Virus record (IMG/VR): IMGVR_UViG_3300028197_000002
Strand: one strand, 5' to 3'
DNA length: 64,000 nt
Source: a virus
Lineage: Duplodnaviria; Caudoviricetes
Shown here: positions 48,814-59,276 of the stretch, in pieces
Position numbering within the stretch: the first letter of the stretch is position 1
Layout of the letters: the number at the start of each line of letters is the position of its first letter
Translations under genes and position numbers: made by a program
The notes under the pieces: generated by a model
Told to the model about the DNA's origin: nothing
The model's database searches: none
Seen by the model: the letters and a program-made list of their open reading frames with translations, nothing else

Positions 48814-50331
48814 ATGGCTCAAAATTTTCCAGATAGTCCCGTCTTAAATGACTTGGCAACTGTTAATGGAATTGTTTATAAGTGGAATGGTTTTGCTTGG
48901 GATATTGTTCAATCAGCAGGAGCCAATGTTACCATTAGTGATAATGCGCCTTCTGCTCCTAGCGTTGGAGATCTTTGGTGGGAAAGTGATGTTGGTAGAC
49001 TTAAAGTTTATTATAATGATGGCGTGACGAGTCAATGGGTTGATGCAAGTCCATCTAGTTCCGGAATATCACTAACAAATTTAAGCATAGGATCAGAAGG
49101 AGTTGCTAGTGGAGATGGTTCTTTAGGCTACGACAATACAACAGGAGTTTTTACTTACACTCCTCCTGATTTAAGTAGTTATTTAACCGCTACTTTGGAT
49201 GCTGATATTGACTTAAATGGAAATTCCATAGTCGATTCAACCTTAGCAGGTTTTGTAACATCTAATTTAAGAACATTCGAAACGAAAATTCAATTAGGTG
49301 GAGATTCAGATGCTGACACTTATGGATATGCCATTGGGCAAGAAGCACAAGCCGGTATATATGATGTTACTATTGGTGCATATGCAGGAAAAAATAAAAA
49401 AACTACAAACAATAATTACTCTATTGGAATCGGAGCGTTTGCTCAACAAAATTCAAATCCGGGCGATGAAACAGGAACTGGAGCTATAGCTATAGGAGTT
49501 TTGGCTGGAGATGCTAATCAAGGCGAAAATGCTTTGGCTTTAGGAAGATATGCTGGAAGAAATAATCAAGCCACTAAAAGCATTGTAATTAATGCTACTG
49601 GTAGTGATTTAGAAAATATAACTGCAAATAGCTGTGTCGTTAAGCCCATCAGAAATGCGGCAGGAACACATGGCTTAGAGTATGATCCTGCAAGTGGAGA
49701 AATCACATATGACACATTGTCGTCAGGTGGAATTTCAGACTCTATAACAGAAGGAAATTCTAGTGTGGAGGTCACAGATACAGGTTCAGATGGGCATATA
49801 GACCTAACTACAGAAGGAACTTTGAGATGGGAGATAACGTCAACAGGACATCTTCTTCCATCCACAAATGAAGATTATGACATAGGCTCTGCTAGTAGAA
49901 AAGTTAGGCATTTGTTTTTAAGCGATAATTCTCTTTATTTTGTAGATTCTTCTGATAACGAAAGAGTTCTTAATGTTAATAGCGATGGAAAAATTGTTTT
50001 CGATGGATCTAATATAGCAGACAGAAGCTCTGAAGTTCCTTCGAACGGCGCTGTCATAGATTTAAATAAAACAAATCATTTTGTTTCTCCCGGAGAATCT
50101 TATGTTTTAGAAGATGGAACATACACAGGACAAGAACTTAGTTTTTGGAAACAGGTAGGAGTTGGCTATCCTGAAATAAATGTTTCTAATGCTCTTTGGA
50201 CTAGTACAGGAAATTCAACAGGTATTGAGTCTTCATTTGTTTGGAGATTAAGTGGGGATTATGTCGGCAAGTTTTCTTGTGTATGGAATGGTGCGCAATG
50301 GTGCTTGAGTAGTGGGGAGACAGGAGTTTAA
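48814..50331 (+). CDS. Tail fibre protein
   Basis: FPDSP..NGIVYKWNG, GDLWWESD..YYNDG..QWV, YDNTTGVFTYTPPDL, AIAIG..AG repeats, YDIGSASRKVRHLFLS. Confidence 0.8.
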   Translation: MAQNFPDSPVLNDLATVNGIVYKWNGFAWDIVQSAGANVTISDNAPSAPSVGDLWWESDVGRLKVYYNDGVTSQWVDASPSSSGISLTNLSIGSEGVASGDGSLGYDNTTGVFTYTPPDLSSYLTATLDADIDLNGNSIVDSTLAGFVTSNLRTFETKIQLGGDSDADTYGYAIGQEAQAGIYDVTIGAYAGKNKKTTNNNYSIGIGAFAQQNSNPGDETGTGAIAIGVLAGDANQGENALALGRYAGRNNQATKSIVINATGSDLENITANSCVVKPIRNAAGTHGLEYDPASGEITYDTLSSGGISDSITEGNSSVEVTDTGSDGHIDLTTEGTLRWEITSTGHLLPSTNEDYDIGSASRKVRHLFLSDNSLYFVDSSDNERVLNVNSDGKIVFDGSNIADRSSEVPSNGAVIDLNKTNHFVSPGESYVLEDGTYTGQELSFWKQVGVGYPEINVSNALWTSTGNSTGIESSFVWRLSGDYVGKFSCVWNGAQWCLSSGETGV

Positions 50332-50348
50332 TTTTATAGGAGAACATT

Positions 50349-51698
50349 ATGGCATTTTCATTCCCAACTTCACCTAGTGTTAGTGACACTGTTACTTTAG
50401 GTGGATTAGTTTATATATGGAATGGTTCGAGTTGGGAAACCCAAGTTGTTAATTTAGGTCTTCTTAGCATTAACAATTTGAGCAACGTTGATTTCAATAG
50501 CGTCACTTTAGATGGAAGTAATGGTGACGGTAAAGTTTTAGCTTGGGATCAATCATTGCAATCTTTTGCTCCTATAGATCAATCTGCAGATCTTAGCGTA
50601 ACAACAGCTGCTGCATCAACAACGCCTAGTTTAGCATATGATGATGGAACTGGAGTGTTCACATACACACCTCCAGATTTAGGAAGCTCTATAGTATCTC
50701 AGTCAGAATATTCCAGCACAATAACAACAAATGCATCTGACGCTTCAGAAACTGGATCTTATATCCTAGGGAACACAGGCGCAGCAAGTGCGACTGGATC
50801 ATCCACAGGTTGGTTTTTTGGAGACATTGTTCAAGATCCTGATAATCCGGGAACATCAATTATACTTGATGTAGACAGTGCTATTTTTGGCCCCGGAACA
50901 ACTCTAGGAAATCATGATGGCAATGTTCGAACTCCTACTGGTTCACATACCATTTTAGACGTAGGAACAGATGGAACAGATGGCACATTAACCATTACAA
51001 ATATTACGGCAGATGGAACTTTAGATTTTTCTGGCGCGACTGTTACTGGTGTAGTGGCAGGATCAGACACGCAGATTCAATTTAACAATAGTGGATCTTT
51101 TGGGGCTGATGCTAATTTAATATTTAATTCTTCTGAGCAAAGAGTTGTTGTTGGCTCAGGAGGAACCGGCAAGTTCGAAGCATCAAGTTTCATGGGTCAT
51201 GCTGATCAAACAACATATGTTTCTTCGCAGACTACGGGTTCGGAAAGCACTCACTTTGCTTTAAATAGTACAAGTGGAGTGCTAACTAATATTTATGGAT
51301 TTACTACATTTCAAGGAAACGCTTGTTTTGAAAAACAGGTTCAAGAAAAATTTAGCACAATAAATGCAGCGACTGGAACAGTGACTCATGATTTAGATGA
51401 TGGTCAAGTATTTAGACACACAAGTCCTTCAGCTGACTTTACTGCTAATTTAACAAATATAAATTTAACTGGCGATCATGCAATGACCGTTACAATTGTG
51501 ATTGAACAAGGAGCAACAGCGTTTATTGTTAGTTCGATACAAATTGGAGGAGCTTCTCAAACAATAGAATGGCAAGGGGGAATTACACCTTCTGGTACAG
51601 ACAATGGATTTGATATAATGAGTTTTAGTATATTAAATACAGGAACGACAGGATCTCCTTCTTATTTGGTGATGGGACAATTGGTTGACTTTGCTTAG
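50349..51698 (+). CDS. Tail fibre protein
   Basis: FPTSP..YIWNG, GVFTYTPPDL, GSDTQIQFNNSGSFG, C-terminal TVTIVIEQG..WQGG..PSG..D..SF..GQL. Confidence 0.8.
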   Translation: MAFSFPTSPSVSDTVTLGGLVYIWNGSSWETQVVNLGLLSINNLSNVDFNSVTLDGSNGDGKVLAWDQSLQSFAPIDQSADLSVTTAAASTTPSLAYDDGTGVFTYTPPDLGSSIVSQSEYSSTITTNASDASETGSYILGNTGAASATGSSTGWFFGDIVQDPDNPGTSIILDVDSAIFGPGTTLGNHDGNVRTPTGSHTILDVGTDGTDGTLTITNITADGTLDFSGATVTGVVAGSDTQIQFNNSGSFGADANLIFNSSEQRVVVGSGGTGKFEASSFMGHADQTTYVSSQTTGSESTHFALNSTSGVLTNIYGFTTFQGNACFEKQVQEKFSTINAATGTVTHDLDDGQVFRHTSPSADFTANLTNINLTGDHAMTVTIVIEQGATAFIVSSIQIGGASQTIEWQGGITPSGTDNGFDIMSFSILNTGTTGSPSYLVMGQLVDFA

Positions 51699-51707
51699 GA
51701 GATAAAA

Positions 51708-54605
51708 ATGCCGTTTATGTCGTCTTTTTCGGGATCTTTTGGCGTAGGAAGAAGATCAAATTCAATTAAATTTGGACTTACAAAGCCACATAGAATTATA
51801 GCTCATTATAGTCCCGGTAATTCTAGTAGTTATGGCGGAAGTGGAGCAACATTAGTAGATTTAACAAACAATAATTATGATGCAAATATTGTAGGAAGTC
51901 CTCCTTTTAACACAGATAACTTTCTTATTGAATCTGGAGATTACATATCTACGCCTTCACTAGACGCAGACATTAATAGCAGTAGTGAAAATCATACTTT
52001 GGAAATATGGTGCTATCCAACAGGAGATGGTGTTGTTGCTCAATATTGTGGTCAAGTAACCCCAAACACAGGTTATCACCACTCGGCAATAGAGATAGTA
52101 TCTGGACAAGTGGAATTTGGATTATTGAGCATAAGTAGCCTTGTTAGTTCTGGGCCTACTGGAAGCATAAATTTAAATACTTGGAATCAAATAGTTTTAA
52201 CATATGACGGTTCTTACATTAGAGGTTTTGTGAATGGCCAAAGAGTTACAAAGACTTCGGTTTCGTGGACATCCCCAGCAGATGGCAGCTTGCCATTACA
52301 TATGGTTTTTGGAGCATCTGCCACAACGAACCAAGGAGACGGAACTGATTTTGATGGAAATTTAGGAATTATTAGGATTTACGATAGGAAGTTAAGTCGT
52401 AGTTCAATTTTAAGAAATTATAAACATGATTTAGAAACTCACTCTGCAATTGTTATAACGGACACTCCAGATGGATTTGATGATCCTGTTGTGTCTGGAG
52501 AGATGGCAACAAGTACTTTGTTGGGCGGCGTGGATGATTCTGTTGCAGCATTAACAGCAAAACTTAAACCTAATCATAGGTTTATTGTTCCTGCTAGTTG
52601 GATTGAGAGTAATGTTTTGCCTAATCTTTCTTCAGATCAATCCAAAGTTTTTTTTGGTGTTCCAAAAGATAGTGCCAATTGGAGTGATGTTGCATTGTCA
52701 GATGATTTTTGGGCGGTGTTTAGGATTGAAAGAGATAGCTCAACACAGCATAATTCTTATTTAAATATTACAGGAAGCAGTCCTGATTATGATGAGGCCA
52801 CTGTTTCATCTTTATCATCTGCTTTTTATGATTATGCAATTGAATGGGACGGAAGCAATCTTCATGTAATTGCCACCACTTCAAATGACATTAGCACTCA
52901 AACTGGTGTTTCTGATGGTGGTTCTTTCACTAGGGTTGCAACCTACAGCAATTTTGCCTCAGAGCAGAGCAAGGTGAATGATGAGCTAACGCTTGTTATT
53001 GCTGTTGATGACGGCGGCAAGGTTGAACTTTCAGACACAGGGCTTAGTCAGATTAGAATACCTTGGAATACATCTACAACTGTTCTTTGTGGCGAATCCA
53101 GTAGTGGAAATGGAAACTATGGTTTTGTTAATGAGTCTACGTTTGATGAATCGGGCCAACACGCACCGAGTGGCTTGTCTTATAGTGGAATTAGCTCTCT
53201 GAACGCTGGAGAAACTTACAAATTCATTTATGATCCATCAATGGAATCATCAGATTATATAGAGTTTAGGCTAGCGGAAGATGCCACTACCGTCTACACC
53301 CAAGGAATCACCACTTTTGATGGCACAAACTCTGGCGATCCAAACGCGGACCAAAACTACAAAGGAATTATTTTTACTGTTCCTGCCGATGTTCCTCCAC
53401 TAAGACTTTACCACTACAACAGCCATGGATCAGGATCTTATGACAACGGACGATATATAGATATGATTGGATCATCTGTTACATATGCAGTAGCTCCTGT
53501 TTCTACAAGTCAAGACGAAGGGACAGCTTTACAGTTTAATGTTACAACAACAGACGTTCCTGATGGAAAAACTATTTATTGGACGGCGAATCACTCATCA
53601 ACATCGGACGCAGATTTTGTAGAAAAATTGTTTAGCGTAACGGCGGGAAGTACAACTATATCAAATAATTCTGCTAGTTTTGATGTAACATCAGTGGCTG
53701 ATTCACTAACTGAAGGAAGCGAAACTTACTTTGTTGAAGTGCGTATAGGTATTGGTCAGACTATAGGGCTGATTGTTGCTACTAGTTCTACTGTAACTGT
53801 AAATGACACAAGTCAAAATGCATGGGACCCATCAACAGACATAACAACAGCTGCTTGGATTGATGCGTCAGATTCTTCAAATTACACAAGAAGTGGAACA
53901 TCACTACTTTCTGTGAACGATAAAGCAGGAACTTACACAATGTCAGTTGGTGGCAATCCTGTTACTAATTCAAGCACTCAAAACGGATTAAATATATTTG
54001 ATTTTGATGGTAATGGTGATTATCTACAAAGTACAACTTATTCAACACAAGCATCATCTGGTAATCATTGGGCAATCGGAGTTTTCAGGTATGAAAATGT
54101 AGACAGTAATAAAGATACTATTTGGAGTTATGAAACAAATGGTTCACCAAAACGAGATTATGCAATGAGTAGTGGCAACTCATCATCATGGACAGGAGAA
54201 TTAGATTTAGATGGTTTATCTAGCAATAGAATTAGTAGTTCAATCGGTAATGCGGAAGTTTGGAATTTGAAAAGTTTAACAAAAAACCAATATCATATAG
54301 TTGCTTGTTGGTTCAATAAGACAGGAAATCAAATTGGCGTTAGAATAGATGGTTCAAATGCATTCACACCAGTAAATGATTATGATAATTCATTGCAAAC
54401 AAACCAAGAATTAAGATTGATGAGAAACAGGTCGTCACAATCATTAGATGGAAAATTATCAGAGTTTTTTGCGGTGGCAGGTATTCCCGGTACAAGCGGA
54501 ACTGACTTGACTCATTTAATAAAAGCAGAAGGATATTTGGCTCATAAGTGGGGATTGGCGGGAAGTTTGCCAAGTAGTCATGCTTATAAAAATAGCGCTC
54601 CTTAA
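51708..54605 (+). CDS. Large adhesin-like protein with LamG/concanavalin and Calx-beta-like domains
   Basis: MPFMSSFSGSFG leader; WNQIVLTYDG..FVNG..IRIYDR; DEG..FNVTT; AWIDASD..EGYLAHKWGL. Confidence 0.75.
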   Translation: MPFMSSFSGSFGVGRRSNSIKFGLTKPHRIIAHYSPGNSSSYGGSGATLVDLTNNNYDANIVGSPPFNTDNFLIESGDYISTPSLDADINSSSENHTLEIWCYPTGDGVVAQYCGQVTPNTGYHHSAIEIVSGQVEFGLLSISSLVSSGPTGSINLNTWNQIVLTYDGSYIRGFVNGQRVTKTSVSWTSPADGSLPLHMVFGASATTNQGDGTDFDGNLGIIRIYDRKLSRSSILRNYKHDLETHSAIVITDTPDGFDDPVVSGEMATSTLLGGVDDSVAALTAKLKPNHRFIVPASWIESNVLPNLSSDQSKVFFGVPKDSANWSDVALSDDFWAVFRIERDSSTQHNSYLNITGSSPDYDEATVSSLSSAFYDYAIEWDGSNLHVIATTSNDISTQTGVSDGGSFTRVATYSNFASEQSKVNDELTLVIAVDDGGKVELSDTGLSQIRIPWNTSTTVLCGESSSGNGNYGFVNESTFDESGQHAPSGLSYSGISSLNAGETYKFIYDPSMESSDYIEFRLAEDATTVYTQGITTFDGTNSGDPNADQNYKGIIFTVPADVPPLRLYHYNSHGSGSYDNGRYIDMIGSSVTYAVAPVSTSQDEGTALQFNVTTTDVPDGKTIYWTANHSSTSDADFVEKLFSVTAGSTTISNNSASFDVTSVADSLTEGSETYFVEVRIGIGQTIGLIVATSSTVTVNDTSQNAWDPSTDITTAAWIDASDSSNYTRSGTSLLSVNDKAGTYTMSVGGNPVTNSSTQNGLNIFDFDGNGDYLQSTTYSTQASSGNHWAIGVFRYENVDSNKDTIWSYETNGSPKRDYAMSSGNSSSWTGELDLDGLSSNRISSSIGNAEVWNLKSLTKNQYHIVACWFNKTGNQIGVRIDGSNAFTPVNDYDNSLQTNQELRLMRNRSSQSLDGKLSEFFAVAGIPGTSGTDLTHLIKAEGYLAHKWGLAGSLPSSHAYKNSAP

Positions 54606-54631
54606 AAAGATTTTTAAAAAACTTTAAATCG

Positions 54632-54659
54632 TTGCACATTTAATGCAAATTGATATAAT
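54632..54659 (+). promoter_or_regulatory. Sigma70-like promoter of infC overlapped by an inverted repeat
   Basis: TTGCAC-N16-TATAAT, extended -10 TG; TTGCA-N7-TGCAA. Confidence 0.5.
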
Positions 54660-54674
54660 TAAAAACAACAAAAC

Positions 54675-55187
54675 ATGAAAAGATTTGATTCAAATAAACC
54701 AGTCGGTCCTAGAAAAAACGAGCAGATTCGTTTTTCTACGGTTCTTGTAATTCACGGAAGTGAAAATTTGGGAGTTATGCATCCCAAAGAAGCTTTAAAA
54801 ATAGCAAAATCTCACAAACTTGATCTTGTCGAGGTTTCTCCCGATGCCAGACCTCCAGTTTGTAAAATAATGGATTATGGAAAATATAATTATTCAAATT
54901 CTAAATCTAAACAAAAAAACAAAAAACAAAAGACCAAAGAGGTTCGAATATCATGCAGAATTGGCGAGCATGATTTATTGACTAAAAGAAATTTAGCTGA
55001 AAAATTTCTAGGCCAAGGTCATAAAGTTTTGTTGAAATTAGAACTAAAAAGAAGAGAAAATATGTATAAGAATATTGGATTTTCTATGGTGAAAAAGTTT
55101 TGCGAGTATTTTGATGATTTTTCAATTAACAGACCTAATTTAGATGGAAGATTCATTACTTGTGTGATTGAGCCAAAAAATGTTTAG
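54675..55187 (+). CDS. infC: Translation initiation factor IF-3
   Basis: NEQIR, DLVEVSPDARPPVCKIMDYGKY, KEVR..IGEHD..GHKV..RRE. Confidence 0.92.
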   Translation: MKRFDSNKPVGPRKNEQIRFSTVLVIHGSENLGVMHPKEALKIAKSHKLDLVEVSPDARPPVCKIMDYGKYNYSNSKSKQKNKKQKTKEVRISCRIGEHDLLTKRNLAEKFLGQGHKVLLKLELKRRENMYKNIGFSMVKKFCEYFDDFSINRPNLDGRFITCVIEPKNV

Positions 55188-56088
55188 ACAAATAAAGAAT
55201 TATTCTCCAAAAGTAATTCACAAAACTCTTGGCGAGGTTGGTCTTGACTTTTATAACTTTGCCGATCAGATAGACCTAGATCACCCTGACATTAATTACT
55301 TTTCTTTTTCTGATAAAATTAATCAGTCTTTTTCTTTGGTGGATCTAGCAATAAAAAATAATTTATCAGATTCTATTGACGGAATAGAAAATCTTTACTT
55401 CAAAGAGATTGAATTTTATAAAAAAATACATTGCTTGGAAAAAGCTTTTCCTAGATTTCTTAATTCTAGGAAAAAGATAGAAATGATAAGGAGATCTAAA
55501 AAGATTTCTGATGTTTTTTTAAGCACATTTAAAAAAACTCCTAGAACTATTTGGGACAACCTTCCATTTGATTTTGAAATTTTTCTAAAGAACAAAAGCT
55601 ATGAAAAATATTTAAAAGAAGCCGAAGAAACTTCGTGTAAATTTAGATATTTTGGATGTGATCAGATGGCAGATCACATAGATGATAATTTAAATAAAAT
55701 AAAATCTATATTTAAAAATAATTATTTTGGATACAAAGAACTAAGCATTTCAAATGCGGCAATCATTCTGGCTAAGATGCATGAGTTTAAATTAAGAAAT
55801 AATCATCGTGATTGTTCAATTTATTATAAAAAATTAAATTACAAACCAAAAGTTTATCCTATTCATGAGCTTGGTAGCATAAAAACAAAAAGGTTTACTA
55901 ATTTAATGGGTAGATTAGAAGAAAAGCCTCTTTTTGATCATTATTTTGTTGTTGTTCCTTCTTATTCTAATGATGGCAAGAATTTTTCTAATAGTGAAAT
56001 ATTGAATAAAATATCTAAAAATGATATCGTACCTGTAATTATGGGCGAAAGAGGTTTTAAGACTTATTTTATTTCTTATTGGATCTAG
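55180..56088 (+). CDS. Hypothetical protein
   Basis: ~300-aa ORF coupled to infC. Confidence 0.7.
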   Translation: MFRQIKNYSPKVIHKTLGEVGLDFYNFADQIDLDHPDINYFSFSDKINQSFSLVDLAIKNNLSDSIDGIENLYFKEIEFYKKIHCLEKAFPRFLNSRKKIEMIRRSKKISDVFLSTFKKTPRTIWDNLPFDFEIFLKNKSYEKYLKEAEETSCKFRYFGCDQMADHIDDNLNKIKSIFKNNYFGYKELSISNAAIILAKMHEFKLRNNHRDCSIYYKKLNYKPKVYPIHELGSIKTKRFTNLMGRLEEKPLFDHYFVVVPSYSNDGKNFSNSEILNKISKNDIVPVIMGERGFKTYFISYWI

Positions 56089-56097
56089 GAGTTGTAG

Positions 56098-56442
56098 ATG
56101 AAAATAGATGTAAATTTTAAAATCTCGGATAGTGCGGCGAAAGAGCTTAAAAAAGCCATGAAAGAATCAGACTCGGAAGGATCAAATGTAAGAGTAGGAG
56201 TTCAAGGAGGAGGTTGTTCAGGATTCATGTATCAATTGGGTTTTGAAGAAGCAGAAACTTTCAATGAAGAAAATGATATTCTTGAAATCCAAGAAGGAAT
56301 TAATGTTGTGATAGATAAGAAATCTGCGATTTTTTTGAATGACGTTATTTTAGAGTGGGTTGAAGACTTAAATCAAAGAGGATTTAAGTTCAATAATCCT
56401 AATGCAAACAAAAGTTGCGGTTGTGGTCAATCGTTTAGTTAA
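56098..56442 (+). CDS. iscA: IscA/ErpA (HesB family) Fe-S carrier
   Basis: GGGCSGFMY, NPNANKSCGCGQSF. Confidence 0.93.
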   Translation: MKIDVNFKISDSAAKELKKAMKESDSEGSNVRVGVQGGGCSGFMYQLGFEEAETFNEENDILEIQEGINVVIDKKSAIFLNDVILEWVEDLNQRGFKFNNPNANKSCGCGQSFS

Positions 56443-56455
56443 ACAAGGTGTTTTT

Positions 56456-56842
56456 ATGAAGAATATAATTATTAGTAAAGATGAGTTAATTGAGCTGTGT
56501 GCCACTTCGTATGAGGTAGGGCATAGAGGATACGCCGATCAGTCAAATGATTTTGTAGAAAATTTAGTAGAAGACTTTCTAAAAGAGGTAGATTCCCCAG
56601 AAATATCAACTCGTTTGAAACCTAGCGTGAGTTCGAATGAAATCACATTTTGGGGAGGGGATGTGCCCGGAAACACTGACAATTCAGTGTTAAGCTATGG
56701 TGATTCTATTAGCGATCATCAAAGCATTGTTGTTACTGCTAATCCAAACTACGATGTTTCGGCATATACTTCCACTGCTCAAATAGAAATTCCGGAATAT
56801 GATTCCACTTTAAATTTAACTGTTGATAAAAACGAAACATAA
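56456..56842 (+). CDS. Hypothetical protein
   Basis: Start ATG 56456 (SD AAGGTG). Confidence 0.65.
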   Translation: MKNIIISKDELIELCATSYEVGHRGYADQSNDFVENLVEDFLKEVDSPEISTRLKPSVSSNEITFWGGDVPGNTDNSVLSYGDSISDHQSIVVTANPNYDVSAYTSTAQIEIPEYDSTLNLTVDKNET

Positions 56843-56892
56843 TTTTGAAATTAGTTACTATTATATTTTTAGTCACAAGGAGACTTATTTAG

Positions 56893-57267
56893 ATGAATGA
56901 AATTTTAGGTGTAGATGGAGAACAAGTGCAAGTTAGCAAGTCAGTTCCATCTTTGAAAGATGTTGTGCCGTGTGGTTCTCAAGTTTTAGTTGAAGTATTA
57001 ACTGCTCAAGAAGCCATGGGTACTGTTCTCACGATTGAGGCAGATGCGGCGATTACAGGAGCGCCACAGGGCTATGTAAGAAAAATAGGCCCTCGTGGAA
57101 GTAATGATTGGGGATTTAACATTGGAGATAGAGTTACTCTTCATGGAAACTATACTCCAGTCACACAGCAAGTAGATAGAGAAAACTCTCACAGAGAGTG
57201 GATTTTAGTTGATCCTAATCAGGTAAAAGCTGTTTTGGTAGAAAAAACAAGTTGCTGTAAATCTTAA
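56893..57267 (+). CDS. GroES-like co-chaperonin
   Basis: VPCGSQVLVE..GYVRKIGP..IGDRV. Confidence 0.6.
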   Translation: MNEILGVDGEQVQVSKSVPSLKDVVPCGSQVLVEVLTAQEAMGTVLTIEADAAITGAPQGYVRKIGPRGSNDWGFNIGDRVTLHGNYTPVTQQVDRENSHREWILVDPNQVKAVLVEKTSCCKS

Positions 57268-57362
57268 AAAATATGCAATATATTTTGATTTGTTTATTGT
57301 TTATGTTTTTTGTATTTTGTATAACCGCAAGAGACAGATAATGCAAATCTAGATTTGGATTT

Positions 57363-58304
57363 ATGAAAGATTACTATAAAGTTTTATGTGTTTCTATTGA
57401 TTCTAGCAAAGAAGAAATAGAGAGAGCGTATAGAAAACTTGCATTTAAATACCACCCCGACAGAAATATTAATTTAAAAGCTGCTACTAAAAAATTTTTA
57501 GAAGTTCAAGAAGCTTATGAATATTTAAAAAATAAAAAAACATCGTTTACTTTTAAGAAAAATAAAGTAGACGATGTTTTTGACAATATATTCTCTAAAT
57601 TTTTTGGTGATCAAAAAAAAGAAAACAACTCCACAAAAGTAAGATTAAAAATATCGTTAGAGGAATGTTATAAAGGTTGCGTCAAAGATGTTTTAATTGA
57701 CGAGCATTCTTTTTGCGAAAATTGTCAAGGTACGGGTGGAGTTAAATGGGATCATTGCGACAAATGTAGTGGCAAAGGATTTGTTTATGAAGGTGGAATT
57801 GTTTCTATACAATCTTGCTGCATATTTTGTGAAGGTAAAGGCTGTTGTATAAAAGAGAAATGTCTTGATTGCAAAGGGAATGGATTTTTAGTCAAGTCTA
57901 AAAAGAAAGTTTCTGTGACTGTTCCCAAAGGCATAAAAGATGAAACTCAAATAAGAATACCAGAAGCTTCTTTTGGAGAAGATTTGTATGTAGTTGTAAA
58001 TGTTCAAAAAGGAGATTTTTCAAGAAAAGATCAAGATTTAATTTCTGATCTTTATGTTCCTTATTCGAAATTGGTCTTGGGTGGAGTTGTGAATTTTGTT
58101 CTGTTTGATGAAAAAATAGAAGTAAAAATTAAGCCAAGAACACAGCCGGGATCTACTTTGCTAATTAAAAACAAAGGGTTTTCTTTTGTTGAAAATAAAA
58201 CAAATAAAGGAAATTTAATTTTTAATATAAAATTAAACATACCAATTTCTATTAATAAAAAATATAAAGATCTTCTTGAAAAATTATCTGAGTTTGATAA
58301 ATAA
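57363..58304 (+). CDS. dnaJ: DnaJ chaperone
   Basis: J domain YHPDRN; four CxxCxGxG repeats; C-terminal domain. Confidence 0.93.
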   Translation: MKDYYKVLCVSIDSSKEEIERAYRKLAFKYHPDRNINLKAATKKFLEVQEAYEYLKNKKTSFTFKKNKVDDVFDNIFSKFFGDQKKENNSTKVRLKISLEECYKGCVKDVLIDEHSFCENCQGTGGVKWDHCDKCSGKGFVYEGGIVSIQSCCIFCEGKGCCIKEKCLDCKGNGFLVKSKKKVSVTVPKGIKDETQIRIPEASFGEDLYVVVNVQKGDFSRKDQDLISDLYVPYSKLVLGGVVNFVLFDEKIEVKIKPRTQPGSTLLIKNKGFSFVENKTNKGNLIFNIKLNIPISINKKYKDLLEKLSEFDK

Positions 58305-58322
58305 TATAAACTGGAGATTAAA

Positions 58323-58544
58323 ATGAATAATAAAAACTTGATCGTGGCAGCAGTTACTCTTACTGTAGTTTTGTTTGCAACTATATCTTTTAATTTAGTT
58401 GTGAATCAAATTGCAGATAGGGTAATTCAAAAGTTGAAAAGAGATTATGTTCCCGGACCATACCAACCCGGATTTGACCCTGACAAAGTTGACCCAGCTA
58501 TTTTTAGGTCAGACTTTTCAAAGGCTAAGTTTCTTGAAGATTAA
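58323..58544 (+). CDS. Small membrane-anchored protein
   Basis: N-terminal TM; Pro-rich tail; TAAATA and SD GGAG. Confidence 0.65.
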   Translation: MNNKNLIVAAVTLTVVLFATISFNLVVNQIADRVIQKLKRDYVPGPYQPGFDPDKVDPAIFRSDFSKAKFLED

Positions 58545-58969
58545 TCTACTTCTATTTTTTGTATTTTAGAAGGTTCTTTTGTTAGATCGTCTTCGGATCT
58601 TTGAAAGATGACAGTTATTCTTTTACCTATTTCGGGTGTTTTTTGAATTCTGTTGAATTGATCTAAACTTAAATATAACTTGGTTCCATCTTTTAGTCCT
58701 ATGCAAATAGGATTGCTGTTTATGTCTATTTCAGATATAAACGAGCTTCTTACTACTTGTGGAATTAGAAGATCTAGTCGAGGCCCAACACCACCCAATT
58801 GATCAAAACGGCCCCAATTAGGCCCAGACCCAGTCCATGTGGCGGGAACTACTGCGCTTGTTGCAAAGTCATTATGTTTTCCCGGTGTTAATGGAAGGTT
58901 TTTTCCATGTGGAGTACGTGGCCTTTGATAAGCTCTTTCTGTTAAATGTAACCATTCTTTAAAATTCAT
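58541..58969 (-). CDS. CTS-like hypothetical protein
   Basis: True start MNFKEWLHLTE at 58969; TAAATA 5 nt upstream. Confidence 0.7.
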   Translation of the reverse strand: MNFKEWLHLTERAYQRPRTPHGKNLPLTPGKHNDFATSAVVPATWTGSGPNWGRFDQLGGVGPRLDLLIPQVVRSSFISEIDINSNPICIGLKDGTKLYLSLDQFNRIQKTPEIGKRITVIFQRSEDDLTKEPSKIQKIEVD

Positions 58970-59000
58970 AACTATATTTATTATAGCTGAGAGGAAAATT

Positions 59001-59276
59001 ATGAAACTTAATGTACTTGCCCCAATGATCACAGACGACAAAAAACTTGTTTTTATGGATTTTACTAGTGGAAAAACTTATAATATTAAATTAGAAAACA
59101 ACGAGTTTTCTTTAATAGAAATAGAAGAAGAAGCATCACAGGCTTGTTTTGAGGATATTGCAGAGCAACAAGCGGCAATGGCACCAGAGATACCTGTAGA
59201 CGAAATAAGAAGTGTTTTGGACACAGAAAAAGGACTTTCAAAACAAAATGAAAAACATATTTTTAGGAGAAAATGA
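59001..59276 (+). CDS. Hypothetical protein
   Basis: SD GAGGA; 91 aa. Confidence 0.6.
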   Translation: MKLNVLAPMITDDKKLVFMDFTSGKTYNIKLENNEFSLIEIEEEASQACFEDIAEQQAAMAPEIPVDEIRSVLDTEKGLSKQNEKHIFRRK

